Positions 1 to 11,494 of a DNA stretch of 64,000 nt are shown piece after piece. Position numbers and translations under genes: made by a program. The notes under the pieces are model-generated. The model was not told the DNA's origin. It did no database searches and was given only the letters and a program-made list of their open reading frames with translations. The stretch is taken from contig CAWBCK010000001.1 of assembly GCA_963787325.1 (NCBI GenBank), positions 156,924 to 220,923 of the forward strand. The letters are read 5' to 3'. Position 1 is the first letter of the stretch. Every line of letters begins with the position of its first letter. The stretch is from an uncultured Planctomycetota bacterium. GTDB lineage: Bacteria; Planctomycetota; Phycisphaerae; UBA1845; JANYLN01.

Positions 1-18
1 ACGCGAAAGGGTGCTCTT

Positions 19-1060
19 ATGAAGGCTATGGTGCTGACCGGTGTGCAACAGATGGAAATGCGGGATGTGCCGACTCCTTCCATCAATGACAACAAGGATG
101 TGCTGATCCGCATGGTACGGGTCGGCGTGTGCGGCTCGGATGTGCACTATTACACGCAAGGTCAGATCGGCTCGCAGGTCGTACAGTATCCCTTCGCCGT
201 CGGGCATGAGGGGGCGGGGATCATCGAGAAGGTTGGCCCTGCCGTGACCCGCGTCAAGGTCGGCGATCGTATCGCCATCGAGCCGGCGATGCCTTGCTGG
301 CAGTGCGACCAGTGCGTGGTGGGCCGGCCGCACACGTGCCGCAAACTCCGGTTTCTCGGCTGTCCCGGGCAGGCGGCGGGGTGCCTGTCGGAATACATGG
401 TGATGCCGGAAACGAGACTGCTTTCCCATCCCGGACAGCATGTCATTCGACCAGGCGGCGATCTCCGAGCCGCTGGCCATCGGCGTCTATGCCGTGAAGC
501 GATCAATTCCGATGAAGGGTGCTGCTGTGGGCATTCTTGGGGTCGGGCCGATCGGATTGAGCGTGCTGCTGCCTGCCAGGGCGCAGGGCGCCCGCAGCAT
601 TTTTGTCACGGATAAGATCGACGCCCGGTTGGCCCTTGCCCGAAAGGCTGGGGCGGACTGGACCGGCAACGTTGACTCCTGCGACGTGGTAGCTGGCATT
701 ACCGCGGCTGAGCCGGCGCCACTCGATGTGGTCTTCGAGTGTTGCGGCAAGCAGGAGGCGCTCGATCAGGCGATCAACCTGCTCAAGCCCGGCGGCAAGC
801 TGATGCTTGTGGGTATTCCGCCGACGCTGGAACGGGTTTCCTTCAAGATCGACGAGCTGCGGCACAAGGAGATCTGCATCCAGAACGTGCGCCGGCAGAA
901 CCACTGCGTGCAGCCTTCGCTCGATATGATCGCTCGCGGGGACTTCAACGTCGATGTCATGGTCACGCATCGGTTCCCGTTCGCCGAGACCAAGGCCGCC
1001 TTTGACCTGGTGGCTGAGTACAAGGACGGTGTGGTCAAGGCGATGATCGATTTCGAGTAG
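19..1060 (+). CDS. Zn-dependent alcohol/polyol dehydrogenase (MDR family, sorbitol-dehydrogenase-like); apparent frameshift near 415-440
   Basis: N-terminal ORF 19..615 carries the GHEGAG and C-x2-C Zn-ADH motifs. ORF 440..1060 carries the Rossmann GVGPIGL motif and the C-terminal half. The frames join as ...CFPIPDSMSFDQAAISEPL, which is typical for this family. Confidence 0.8.
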
Positions 1061-1157
1061 GGTTTCTACACCGAAACATGGCGGTGGGCCGTGTAGAAGG
1101 TTTTTCCGCAGGATGACGTCTTCCTGACAGATGACCACGCTTCATTTTGGATCACGG

Positions 1158-3991
1158 TTACAGTCTGTGGATGCGGGTCCTGACGTCGAACTCTGCGTGG
1201 CTGTCGTTGTGAGCGAATCTGACAGCAACGCCGGCCGGAGCGTTGATCGCGACGTTGAGTGTCTTGCCGTCCACCTGCCAGGAGACCTCCAGCAGACCGC
1301 GGACGGTCGCGACCGTGCCTTTCGCATGGGAGAGACCGCAGAGCCGGGGACTGATCACGTAGCGGGTCCCCCCTGCTGCGACCTGGTGAATTCCGAGAAT
1401 CACGCGAGGCAGGAAGTGCAGCGGCGTGGCTGACCAGGCGTGACAGTGGCTGCGAGTCAGCGTGCCTTTGGGCCAGATCGGGCTGCACGGGAAGGTTTCC
1501 CACACAGTGGTGGCGCCGGCTTCGAGCATGGGCTGATAGTCCCGGATAATTGTCTGTACTATCCGCTCAGAATGTCCTGCCTTTTCGAGGGCTTCGAAGT
1601 AATACATCATGGCAAAGCCGCTGCCTATGCCGGCCACGCCGTCGGGCGGATCAAGCATGTTTCGCAGCGCTCCTGCCTGCTGGCGGGGGCCGGCGATGTC
1701 ATACAGGATCGACAGGAAACTTGTGTGCTGGCTGACATTGGGGCTTGGCGTGCCGTCGGCGCGGATGGCGTCGGGATATCCCTGGCGAGCATCATCCCAG
1801 TGGCTGTTGACGGCACGGCGGAGTTTGCGGCTGAAGTTGCGCAGCCAGACCCTGTCCTGGTCGCGCCCCAGGACGTCAGCGCACTGCGAAGCGGCTTCGA
1901 TCGCGCCGACCAGGAACATACTGTTGTGCAGCACGGTTGCGTGGTTCTGGTCGAGGGCCGCCCAGTCGAACATGTTCCAGAAGGGGGCGCTGAACAGGCC
2001 GGCATCGGTGCAATAGCCATGGGCATTGCGAAGGTTCTTCATAACGGCTGGCCAGCACCGGCGAAGAAACGGCTTGTCGCCCGAGTAGAAGTAGTAATCC
2101 CAGACGCTGATGCCCCACAGGAAGCTCCAGGCGGGCAGGAGGCAGTCCCAGCAGGAGGGAACCTGGCAGCCGACGAGCGGATAGCGTTCCAGCGATTGAG
2201 CCGCCAGGCGGATGCATCGTCTGGCGATATCGAGTGCCCCGAAGGTGGGGAAGGCGAATACCGCCTCGTTCCGGGCATCTCCCACCCACAGGGTCTGCTC
2301 GTAGACGGGGCAATCGGTGAAGGTGTCCTCCATACAGAGTTTCAGCGTGCGTGCGGAGATCTCCCAGATGCGATCGAGGTTCGCGTCGCTGCACGTGAAG
2401 CTGCCCGCGTAATTCACGGGGTAGGTGGATTCGATCAGCCTGAGGAGGCGGATCTTCACCGGGCTCGTCATGTTGCGCAGCGTGACGAATATGTACCGGC
2501 CGCCGCGACGGGTGAAGGACGTATATCGGTTGAGTCCCGCGCGGGTGACGAAACGCATGCCGTTGTGGTTGCCGCGAGTGTGCTGCACCGTCCCGTCCGG
2601 GCTGATGTACTCGACGCCGAAGAGATCGACCTGCACGCCTTCGTCCGCGAGCAGTTCGAAGTCGTAGTAGCCGCAGCTTCTGCTCGCCGAGATCGCAGAC
2701 CAGTTCGATGTCGCCGGTGCTGCTGGGTCTGATGACGGTCATTTCGGCGTTGTCGTGCATCAGGGCCGCAGGATTGTCGACGAGCAGCTTCGGCCTTTCC
2801 GATAACCTGGCGATTCTCGAACTGCCAGTGGGTGTGGCGGACGAACATCTTACTTGCCGGTATGCAGCGGGCCCGTTCGCCCAGATCCGCAAGGAAGGTC
2901 GGCACATCCACCACGTGCCGGCCAAGCTGCTCCGCGGCAAGGCGGTAGGATGAGACGGGGCTGCGTTCGGCGCCGGCATGCTTTGACCAGACAAGATCGT
3001 CCTCGACGCGGGCGAATTCGGGGAACGGAATGAAGCACCAGGGATTGTCAAACGACTTGTCCAGGGGGTTCTCGAGCGTCAGGCCCCTGGGCACATCGCG
3101 CAGATGGATCGCCTTCTCGCGGTAGTGATAGTTGATCTTTTCCACCGTTGCCAGCAGCAGGTGTCTGCCGGCTTGGAGTGTGACCTTGCCCGGCTTGATG
3201 TGCCGGCCGTCGATCGCGACGCGGAAGGCCCCTTCAATGCCGAACGTCGACCGTTTCCTGAGGTGCAGAACGGTGGCCATGCCTGCCGGGACGAGGGTGT
3301 TGGAGTTTGCTTCAATCAGGCCGGGATGAACCACCTGGCCCGAGGCCAGACAGAAGTACAGGTCGCTCGGGCGCCGCACGACGTTTGCTGCCAGCAAGGA
3401 CTTGAACTCAAGCGGACGGCGAGTCATCAGGGCCACATCGCGCGGATGCAGGTCGTGCCACGGGCCCTTGTCGGCCGCGAACAGCTCAGCCGCTGGACGG
3501 TAGCGGGGCTTGCCTTCCAAGGTCGCGTCGTAGTATTCGGATGGGCCCATCTGGGGGCTGATCTTGGCCGTGCCGGGCAGCATGGCTGCCAGCGTCGCCA
3601 CACGCCAGCGGCGGTCTGTCACGATAGTCTGGCTCGTGCCGCCAGCCAGTTGAACGTCGAGCTGGGCAATCAGCCCCGCTTGTTGGGGACGCTGGTGGAA
3701 GGTCCCGGTGCCGTAGTACATCGCGGCGATCTCGATCTCATTGGGGCCTGGCTGCAGATGCGTGGTGACATCGAGGAGGTCGTACTGGTAGTGCTCCGGC
3801 CAGGCGCGGCAGGGTCCGTCACCGACCCATTGGCTGTTGATCCGTAGCCGATAGAAGCTATCAGCCGTGATCCGCATGAGGGCCTGTCGAAACGGCTTGA
3901 GGGCGAACTGCCGTCGGGCCACTATAGTGTCATGGTACGTGTTATAGTCGGGCCGGGGGCACCAGATCCATTTGGCGGTAGAGGTAATCAT
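1158..3991 (-). CDS. alpha-L-rhamnosidase (GH78); frameshift near 2640-2700
   Basis: ORF 2468..4246 has the GH78 N-terminal domain (MITSTAKWIW...). ORF 1158..2636 has the catalytic (alpha/alpha)6 region with a DCPxxEQxxWxGD motif. The two ORFs overlap and are collinear in homology. Confidence 0.8.
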
Positions 3992-4315
3992 CGGGGCAGT
4001 ATAGCCAGGCGCCAGACGCCAGCCAACGGGCAGAGACCGCCGGCACAACAGAGAAGCGCACCGCATGAGTGCCGGAGAAGGTGGCTGATCTCCGCAGGCC
4101 GCGTAACACCCGCTCTGCGGAAGCCGCCATGGGTCCTTGCGGGAGGAATTGAAGCATGGCAACATGTTGATGTCGGGCGCGCTTTGAACCTTGCACGGAC
4201 GGGCCGGCTGTCCTTGTCGGCGGACGTCTGCGTATCGGGGATGCATGACGGATTGGGGGGCTCAGGAAGCACGGAACAACCGGCAACGGTTTCTTGAGCG
4301 GGCTTTTGGCAGGGC

Positions 4316-6328
4316 ATGGAAGGATACGGTCCTATGGGCGAGGTAAGGCTGGCGTATTCGGGGCTGCAGGGCGACATCGTAAAGGTGGCGGGGGGCTCGC
4401 TGTTGGACGGCGGGACGATATATGAGGCCTCTGACGCGCAGGACACCGGGATCGTTTTCGATCTGGCTGCGGGCGGTCTGACGGATCTCATGTGGGTCGT
4501 CTTCGATATGCTGCTGGACGGCGAGACTACGGCGGTGTTTCAGACTTCGGTTCTACGAGGGGCGAAGCGGGCGGCGGTTCTCGATCCAGTTCATGCTCCT
4601 GATCGATGCGCAGGCGCGTGTACGCGTGCCGTTTTCGACGCTGGATATGAACCGCTGGATGCTCGGGCGCGAAGGCGCGTGGCTGAAGGCCTTGGTGGGT
4701 GGCAAGCGGGTCGATCCGGAAAAGGTCGATCGGCTCTTGCTGGCTGTTGTCCGAACCGGCGGAAGGACCGTGCGATTTCATCTGACGCCACCGGTGCTGA
4801 CGACGGCTGAACCGCTACGGCTGACGAGCCCATTGCTGCCGAAGGGGGTCATCCTGGATGAGCTCGGGCAGTGCGCGGTGCGGGACTGGGCCGGCAAGAC
4901 GCGCAGCGAGGCGGAACTCGTCGGAAACCTGCAGCGGCAACTGCAGGAGGCGCCCAGGCCGCCTTTCCCGAGGGGTTCTCTCGATGGGGGGGCTGGCTGG
5001 CGGAACAGAGTCAGCCAAGCGGGTTCTTCCGGGTGGAGAAGGTCGGCGACGGCTGGCGGATGGTGGACCCGGATGGCTTCGCCTGGTGGTCGGCCGGCCT
5101 GGACGCGGTGCGCCCGACGATCGAGGCGGTGACGGACGGGTTGGGAAGCGCTCTGGCCGAGCGGCCGGAAGGGCCTGCCTACGAAGGGTGTCTCGGCGAG
5201 CGTTTGGGGCTGCCCTACGTTAACTACCTGGGGGTGAATCTGCGGCGGGCGTTCGGCGCGGACTGGGAGGCCAAATGGGCGACGATTGCGATGTCGCAAT
5301 TGCGGCGGTTGGGCTTTAACACCGTTGCCAACTGGTCGCGCTGGGACTATGCACAGCAAGCGGGTCTGCCGTACGTGCGGGCCTTGGAGTGGAAGCATCA
5401 GCCGGTTGCGCGGATCTATCGCGATTTTCCGGATGTCTTCGACCCGATGTTCCAGCGGGAGGCCGAGGAGTTTGCCCAGCAACTTGAAGCGACGAAGGAT
5501 GACCCTGCCCTTGTCGGTTACTTCATGATGAACGAGCCGACGTGGGGCTTCTCCTCGGAGTGCCCGGCGGCAGGCATGCTCTTCACACACGAGAGCTCGC
5601 ACACGCGGCAGCATCTGGCCGAGTTTCTGCGAGGGCGGTATGGCACGGACGAACGGCTGGCGACGGCATGGGAGATGGACGTCGGCTTCGAGCAGGTGCC
5701 CGCGGGGATATGGAAGATGCCTCTGACGGCGGCAGCGACAGCGGACCTGGAGGCATTCAGCACGTTGATGATCGACCGGCTGTTCACAACGCTGGCAAAG
5801 GCCTGCCGGGCCGTCGATGGCAATCACCTGAACCTGGGAATTCGCTATGCGTCTGCACCGCCGGCCTGGGCGATTGCCGGGATGAAGGCGTTCGACGTGT
5901 TCAGCATGAACTGCTACCAGGAGTGCGTGCCGGACGATCTCGGCGAAAAGATCAGCCGGGTGCTGGACCGGCCGGTGATCATCGGGGAGTGGCATTTTGG
6001 CGCATTGGATGCGGGCCTGCCGTCGACGGGGATCGGGCACGTGCCGACGCAGGCCGACCGGGGCAAGGCGTATCGCGTGTACCTGGAGGATGCGGCTGCC
6101 AAGCCGTGGTGCGTCGGCGTGCACTATTTTACCATGTACGACCAGTCGGCGATCGGCCGGTTCGACGGCGAGAACTACAACATCGGGTTCTTTGACGTGT
6201 GCAACCGACGCTACGATGATCTGGCGATGGCGGCACGGCAATCGCACGAACGGCTGTACCGCGTGCGCAGCGGCGAGGTGATGCCCTATCGTGATCGTCC
6301 GAGGTATCTGCCCAAGGTCTTTTCGTAG
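4316..6328 (+). CDS. glycoside hydrolase, clan GH-A TIM-barrel (GH42/GH50-like); two frameshifts (near 4590 and near 5000)
   Basis: Three collinear ORF pieces (4316, 4593, 4871). MMNEPTWG is the acid/base NEP motif and IIGEWHFG is the nucleophile Glu motif. An N-terminal beta-sandwich-like region is present. Exact GH family is uncertain. Confidence 0.6.
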
Positions 6329-6356
6329 AAGGAATGGTAGCCCTGCGGGGGCGACC

Positions 6357-6386
6357 ACACCCTTGCTTACGTTTCGGGCCCGTTTC
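6357..6386. repeat. ~28-bp direct repeat copy R1 (acccttgcttacgtttcgggcccgtttc) upstream of the MMPL gene
   Basis: 26/28 identity to a copy at 8953..8980. Confidence 0.7.
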
Positions 6387-6592
6387 TCCCGTTTCAGTAT
6401 CCTCCACCGTTGGACAGTGGCGTGAAGGGGGCGTACTCCTGTCTCTGCGGTTTGCTGCGCTAAGATTCCAGAGAGATGAGACGGTAGCGGGTAAGCGAGG
6501 GTACGCATGGGATTATCGACTCTGGAGCCATTGCGCCCCAAAGAGTTGGGTCTGCGCAGCGGGCGGGGCATCAGGCGTCAGGGGGATGCATT

Positions 6593-8846
6593 GTGAATCC
6601 CGGGGCGATCGTATCTCGCAATGGCTGGCTGGTGGTGGCGGGGTGGGTGGCGCTGGCGGCGGCGCTGTGGGTGCTCGTGCCGCCGGGGAATCCCGCCGCT
6701 CACGAGCTGGCAGCGGATCTGCCGTTGTGGACGCCGTCGGAGCAGACCGTCGCTGCGATGAGAAAGTACTTTCCCGCCGAGGCCGGCTACAGCCAGGCGG
6801 TCGTTGTCTTTGAGCGGCGAGAGGGAAGACTGACGCAGCCGGATCTGCGGGCGATCGAACGCGTGGCGGCGGCGATTGTCCGGCCGAGCGGTCAGTCCGG
6901 AGATACTGCCAATCTGGCGGGAGTGACTGTGCGGTCGCCGGCGTCGATTCCGGTGCCGGTTTCGATGAATCCGTTGATCAGCAAGGTGTCGACGTCGGGG
7001 CAGGCGGCGATGCTGATCGTTAACATTCCGGCGAGCTTCGTGTCCGTCCGTTCGTACCTGATCGTCAAGCACATCGATATCGTCCTGGCGAAGGCAGGGT
7101 TGCCGGTCCGATTGCGTGTGGACGTGACGGGCTTCAGCGGGTTCGGACATGACTATGCTGTGGCGGTGGACAGGAGCAGCAGAGAGGCGTCGGGGGTGGC
7201 GCTGGGGGCCATTGTCATCATCCTGTTGCTGGTGTACCGGGCGCCGCTGGCGGCAATGGTGTCGCTGTCGGCGATCGGGTTGGCGCTGGTCGTGGTGTTC
7301 AAGGTGCTGGACCTGGGCCTGCTGGGCATCCACGCCGGCACGGCTGAGCGGATCTTCGTGTTCGTATTGGGATTCGGGGCGGGCACGGATTATTCGCTGC
7401 TGCTGATCAGTCGGTATCGTGAGGTCTTGCGCGAACGGTTCGGGGCGGTGGAGGGGGCGGAGCGAGCGGCGACGGCCACGACCCGGCCGATCGTGACGTC
7501 GGCGATGACGAATGCGATGGGGCTTCTGTCGCTGTGCGTGGCGCAGTTCGCAATTTTCCGTAGTGCGGGGATTGCGGTGGCGATTGCGATTGCCGTGACG
7601 ATGATCACGTCGCTGACACTGGTGCCGGCGCTGCTGGCGCTGCTGGGACGGGCGGTGTTCTGGCCGAGGATGGTAGTGGTGAGGACGGAGGGCGTGGAGC
7701 GGTCCGGCAGCCGGACATGGGCCGGCGTGGCGCGGCTTGTTACGACACGGCCGGCGAGGGTGCTGGCTGTGGGACTGGTGGCGTTGGGCGCGGCGGCGTT
7801 CGTCGGGGCAAGGGTGCCGGTGATCTATGATACGCTGACGATGTTGGGAAGCGATTACAGCGCCGTGCGCGGGCTGGCGATGGTGGAACGGCACTGGGGG
7901 GTGGGTTACACGGCGCCGGTGACGATTCTTACGGTGGCCGATCGGCCGATGGGTGCGGCTGAGTGGGCGAAGGTGTCGCATGAGATGACGACGGCGGTCG
8001 GTCAGACGGCAGGGGTTGCAACGGTTCGCAGTTTCACCGCTCCTTTGGGGACCGAGCAGAGTGGCAGCACGTTTGGCAGCGGTATTGTCTCGGGGTTCAA
8101 ACGGCTGCTCGTTGAGGCGGCTGTCGAAGAAGAGGCTCGCAAGGAGTATGTCAGTCCAGGGGGGCGGGCGATGCGGATGGAGGCGGTGCTGAGGTATCAG
8201 CCGATGAGCCGGGGGGCGATGACGGCGGTGGGACGGGTTGATCGTGCGGCGGAGGTCGCACTGCGGCAGAGCGGGATGGCCGGACGGGTAATGGTTGGCG
8301 GAGAGACGGCCCAGACGAGAGACCTGAGGATGGTGACCACGCAGGACTTTCGGCGGATCATGCCGCTGACGCTGGGGGTTGTGCTGGTGATCGTGCTGGT
8401 CCTGCTGCGGCAATGGTTGCTGTGCGTGTTCATGGTGATATGTACGATGCTGACATATCTTGCGACGCTGGGGATTTCGTACGGGGTGCTGGGAGGCGTG
8501 CTTGGATACGAGGGGCTGGACTGGAAGGTGAGGGTGCTGCTGTTTGTTGTGATAGTGGCAGTGGGGGTGGATTACAGTATCTTCTTAGTTGCAAGATTGC
8601 GGGAGGAAATGGCACGAGGGGACGGACAGCAGGCGATCCGGCGGGCGGTCGTGCGGACGGGGCCTGTGATCTCTTCGGCGGGGATCGTCATGGCGGCGTC
8701 GTTGGGAAGCCTGATGGCGGGGGAACTGAAACTGCTGCATCGAGCTGGGTTTTGCGTTGGCGCTGGGGATGCTGCTCGATACGTTTTTCGTTCGGCCCCT
8801 CCTGATCCCTTCTTTGGCGTCCTTGTTGACGCGACGGAACGGCTGA
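6593..8846 (+). CDS. MMPL-family (RND superfamily) membrane transporter; frameshift near 8740 restores the canonical C-terminus
   Basis: GTG start after a GGGGGAT RBS. Two sets of 6 TMs with SSD-like [15 protein letters not shown]. An alternate frame from about 8740 gives [34 protein letters not shown], the typical MMPL end. Confidence 0.85.
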
Positions 8847-8899
8847 AGAGGTGAAGAGGTGACAAGGTGACAAGGTGACAAGGCCACGGGGTGACACGA
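8845..8899. repeat. tandem 8-mer repeat GA(A/C)(A/G)AGGT, about 5-6 units
   Basis: gaagaggt gaagaggt gacaaggt gacaaggt gacaaggc, directly downstream of the MMPL stop. Confidence 0.7.
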
Positions 8900-8952
8900 C
8901 CGGTACAACGTAGCCAAGGTGAATCTCGGCGGGGGATGTAACTACCAAAGAT

Positions 8953-8980
8953 ACCCTTGCTTACGCTTCGGGCTCGTTTG
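8953..8980. repeat. ~28-bp direct repeat copy R2 (acccttgcttacgcttcgggctcgtttg)
   Basis: Matches R1 at 6359..6386 in the same orientation. Confidence 0.7.
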
Positions 8981-9008
8981 GGTTTCCTGGTAATGCAAGT
9001 CTGTAGCG

Positions 9009-10061
9009 TTACGTGGGGAGGCCCGGGATCTCGTATTTGCCGGCCAGGGCGTTGAATGTTTCCATCATTTTGCCCTCGACCTGGAGGCCTTGCTGTTGGG
9101 CCTGGCGGAGGTTCTGCAGGGCTTTTTCGCCCGGCAGGCGGATGGGTCCATGGCCGGGACGCTGCCGGCTCGTCTTGATCCAGGAGGTCAGGTGCTTCAT
9201 TTCCTGCTCGAAGTGTTCGCGGCCGGCGAAGGCGTCGGGGTCGATTACCGTCAGGCTGAAGGACTGTCGGCTGGGGACGGCGGGGTTGTTGGTGTGGCCG
9301 GCGGCGAGGGCGGTCATGGCTTCGCACCACAGGGAGAGGGCGTAGCCTTTGTGGCCGGCTTCCTGCTGGCCTGTAAGCATGATCGTTCCGCCCTGGAGAT
9401 TGCCTTTTTCGTCGGCAACGACGGCGGGGTCGTTGGTGGCGGCGCCGCGGGTGTCGATGAAGATGGCGTGGGGGGCCTTTTCGTGGGCGCGGACCATGCG
9501 GGTGACTTTGCCCATGGCGACGGCGGCCGTGGAGAAGTCGGCGACGACGGGGTCGCCGGCAGTGGGGAAGGCCAGCGCGATGGGGTTGGTGGAGAGCCGG
9601 CCGTCTATGCCGCCGATGGGGGCACAGTCCTGGCAGGAGCTGGTCTGACAGGTGATGAACGCGCAGAGGCCGTCTTCGGCGAGGGACAGCAGGTGGGTGC
9701 CGAGGGCGGCGATCCAGGTGGTGTTGCCGATGGCAATGAAGGCGATGCCGTGCTGTTTGGCTTTGGCGACGGCGAGCTGCTTGGCGACTTTCATGCAGAT
9801 CTGGCCGAACGCATTCTCGCCGTCGATCAGGGCGGAGGCGCCTTTATCCTTGATGACCTTGGGTTCGCCGACGGGGTCGACGCCATCGTCAATGCTCTTG
9901 TTGGCTGAGAGGATCTGGACGAGACCGTGCGTAGTGATGCCCATGGCCTCGGCGCTGGTGGCGACGGCTGCGATGTACTGGGCGTTGCGCAGGGGCACGC
10001 CGCGGCGGACGAGCAGACGCGTGGCGAAGTCGGTTACGGATTGCAGGGGTATCAGCGGCAT
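9009..10061 (-). CDS. Ldh_2 family malate/L-lactate/(2R)-sulfolactate-type dehydrogenase
   Basis: 350 aa; MPLIPLQSV... start with an AGGAGA RBS; Ldh_2 hallmarks (GHKG...H-rich core). Confidence 0.8.
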   Translation of the reverse strand: MPLIPLQSVTDFATRLLVRRGVPLRNAQYIAAVATSAEAMGITTHGLVQILSANKSIDDGVDPVGEPKVIKDKGASALIDGENAFGQICMKVAKQLAVAKAKQHGIAFIAIGNTTWIAALGTHLLSLAEDGLCAFITCQTSSCQDCAPIGGIDGRLSTNPIALAFPTAGDPVVADFSTAAVAMGKVTRMVRAHEKAPHAIFIDTRGAATNDPAVVADEKGNLQGGTIMLTGQQEAGHKGYALSLWCEAMTALAAGHTNNPAVPSRQSFSLTVIDPDAFAGREHFEQEMKHLTSWIKTSRQRPGHGPIRLPGEKALQNLRQAQQQGLQVEGKMMETFNALAGKYEIPGLPT

Positions 10062-10190
10062 TGGTTCGTTTCTCCTGTCTGGTACGTCATTGTAGTAACG
10101 GTAGCAGACGTAGGTCCGCCTTGCAGGGACTCTGCTGGGCGTAACGGTACCGGCGGGCACTCTGGACCCTTATGACGCGTACCGCCTGGC

Positions 10191-10577
10191 TTAGAGCATC
10201 GGCTTTGCGCGGTGGGCCAGCTGGACGGCGAAGCCCCAGGGGTCGCGCAGCATCGCCATCTCGTCGCCGTCGGGGGGCGTCGTGATGTCGCCCACGAGGG
10301 TGGCGCCGGCGGCGGTGAGACTGGCAACGGTGGTCTTGACATCGTCGCAGATGAATGCCAGATGCAGCAGCAGCGGGTCCATCGTGCGATAGTCAGGCAC
10401 GGGAACTTCCTTACGCTTGTAGATCTCGACCATCACGCTGCCAGAGGAGTCGAGCAGGAAGTGGCCCCAGGGGTAGTCTTCGGTCTTGCGGACGATGCTG
10501 AAGCCGAGATTCTTGCAGTACCACTCGGCGCTGGCGGCGGGGTCGTCGGCCATCCATGCGACGTGTTCGATTCTCAT
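10191..10577 (-). CDS. VOC / glyoxalase-bleomycin-resistance family protein
   Basis: 128 aa starting MRIEHVAW...; glyoxalase-like beta-alpha-beta-beta-beta fold motifs. Confidence 0.7.
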   Translation of the reverse strand: MRIEHVAWMADDPAASAEWYCKNLGFSIVRKTEDYPWGHFLLDSSGSVMVEIYKRKEVPVPDYRTMDPLLLHLAFICDDVKTTVASLTAAGATLVGDITTPPDGDEMAMLRDPWGFAVQLAHRAKPML

Positions 10578-10756
10578 GTTTGTCCTTTCTCTTTTGGAGA
10601 GTGGGTTCGGCGTATTGGGGAGTATGGTACGGAATTGCGGCTGGCAGGGCAACGGTGAACGGCTCAGGGGGGCTGGCATGTGCTCCTGCTCGGAAGGTGG
10701 CGCACAAGTCCCATCGCTTCGCTGAGAACAGTGCGGCCGGTGGTGGGCCGGCAGAA

Positions 10757-11440
10757 CTACTCCTGGCTGCCTCTGGCGACGTAGTCTTCGCTGCGGTGGC
10801 GGACGATCTCGCCCTGGCACATGTAGATGACGTCTTCGGCGATGTTCGTGGCGTGGTCGGCGATGCGCTCGAGGTGCCGGCTGACCGACAGCAGGTGGAT
10901 AAGGGCCTCCATCTGCTCGGGATGGCTGCGGATGCCGTCCTGGACCATCATGTAGGCCTCGCGGTTCATGGCGTCGACCTCATCGTCGGCGATGCACACT
11001 TCGTGGGCAAGCTTCGGGTCGAGATTGACCAGGGCGTCGAGGCTCTTGTGGAGCATCGCCTGGGCCTTCTCCGCCATCCGGGAGAAGTTGAACATGATCG
11101 GCAGCCGCTCCTGGGTCGCCAGGAACTGGGCCCGCTCGGCGACGTTGACAGCCAGGTCGGCGACGCGTTCCAGGTCGTTGTTGATCTTCAGTACGGCGAT
11201 GATCAGTCGCAGGTCGATGGCGACGGGTTGATGAAGGGCGAGGATCTTGAGGCATTCTTCCTCGACGTCCACCTCCTTCTTGTCGACCTCGTAGTCGCTG
11301 TCGATGACGCATTTGGCGAGGATGGGGTCCCGATTGTCCAGTGCGCGGACGGCACGCTGGACGCTCTCTTCGACCATCGCGCTGAGGGCGAGGATCATCT
11401 TCTTTAGCTTTTCAATTTCTTTCGTCAGATGGATCGACAT
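10757..11440 (-). CDS. phoU: phosphate signalling complex protein PhoU
   Basis: 227 aa with two PhoU repeats (DxxxD motifs). Sits downstream of pstB. Confidence 0.9.
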   Translation of the reverse strand: MSIHLTKEIEKLKKMILALSAMVEESVQRAVRALDNRDPILAKCVIDSDYEVDKKEVDVEEECLKILALHQPVAIDLRLIIAVLKINNDLERVADLAVNVAERAQFLATQERLPIMFNFSRMAEKAQAMLHKSLDALVNLDPKLAHEVCIADDEVDAMNREAYMMVQDGIRSHPEQMEALIHLLSVSRHLERIADHATNIAEDVIYMCQGEIVRHRSEDYVARGSQE

Positions 11441-11494
11441 CGTTCTTCCTCGCCAGCCACAGCACCGACCGTTACGCTGTTGTTCGGCACCATT

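Noticed and set aside
4066-4246. Extended N-terminus (MRCASLLCRRSLPVGWRLAPGYTAP) as a signal peptide for the GH78 rhamnosidase
   Set aside because: It is not hydrophobic enough for a Sec signal. The conserved GH78 N-terminus starts at MITSTAKWIW (3991), so the upstream extension is probably untranslated.
6578-8413. 611-aa ORF on the minus strand (His/Arg/Pro/Gln-rich)
   Set aside because: It lies fully antisense to the well-supported MMPL gene. Its low-complexity composition is typical of antisense reading of GC-rich DNA. Similar long antisense ORFs (1440-2732, 4778-6571, 9090-9908, 23460-24611, 26672-28060, 31208-32911, 36054-37613, 38111-39520, 39866-41827, 43351-44349, 44901-46055, 48842-49930) were rejected for the same reason.
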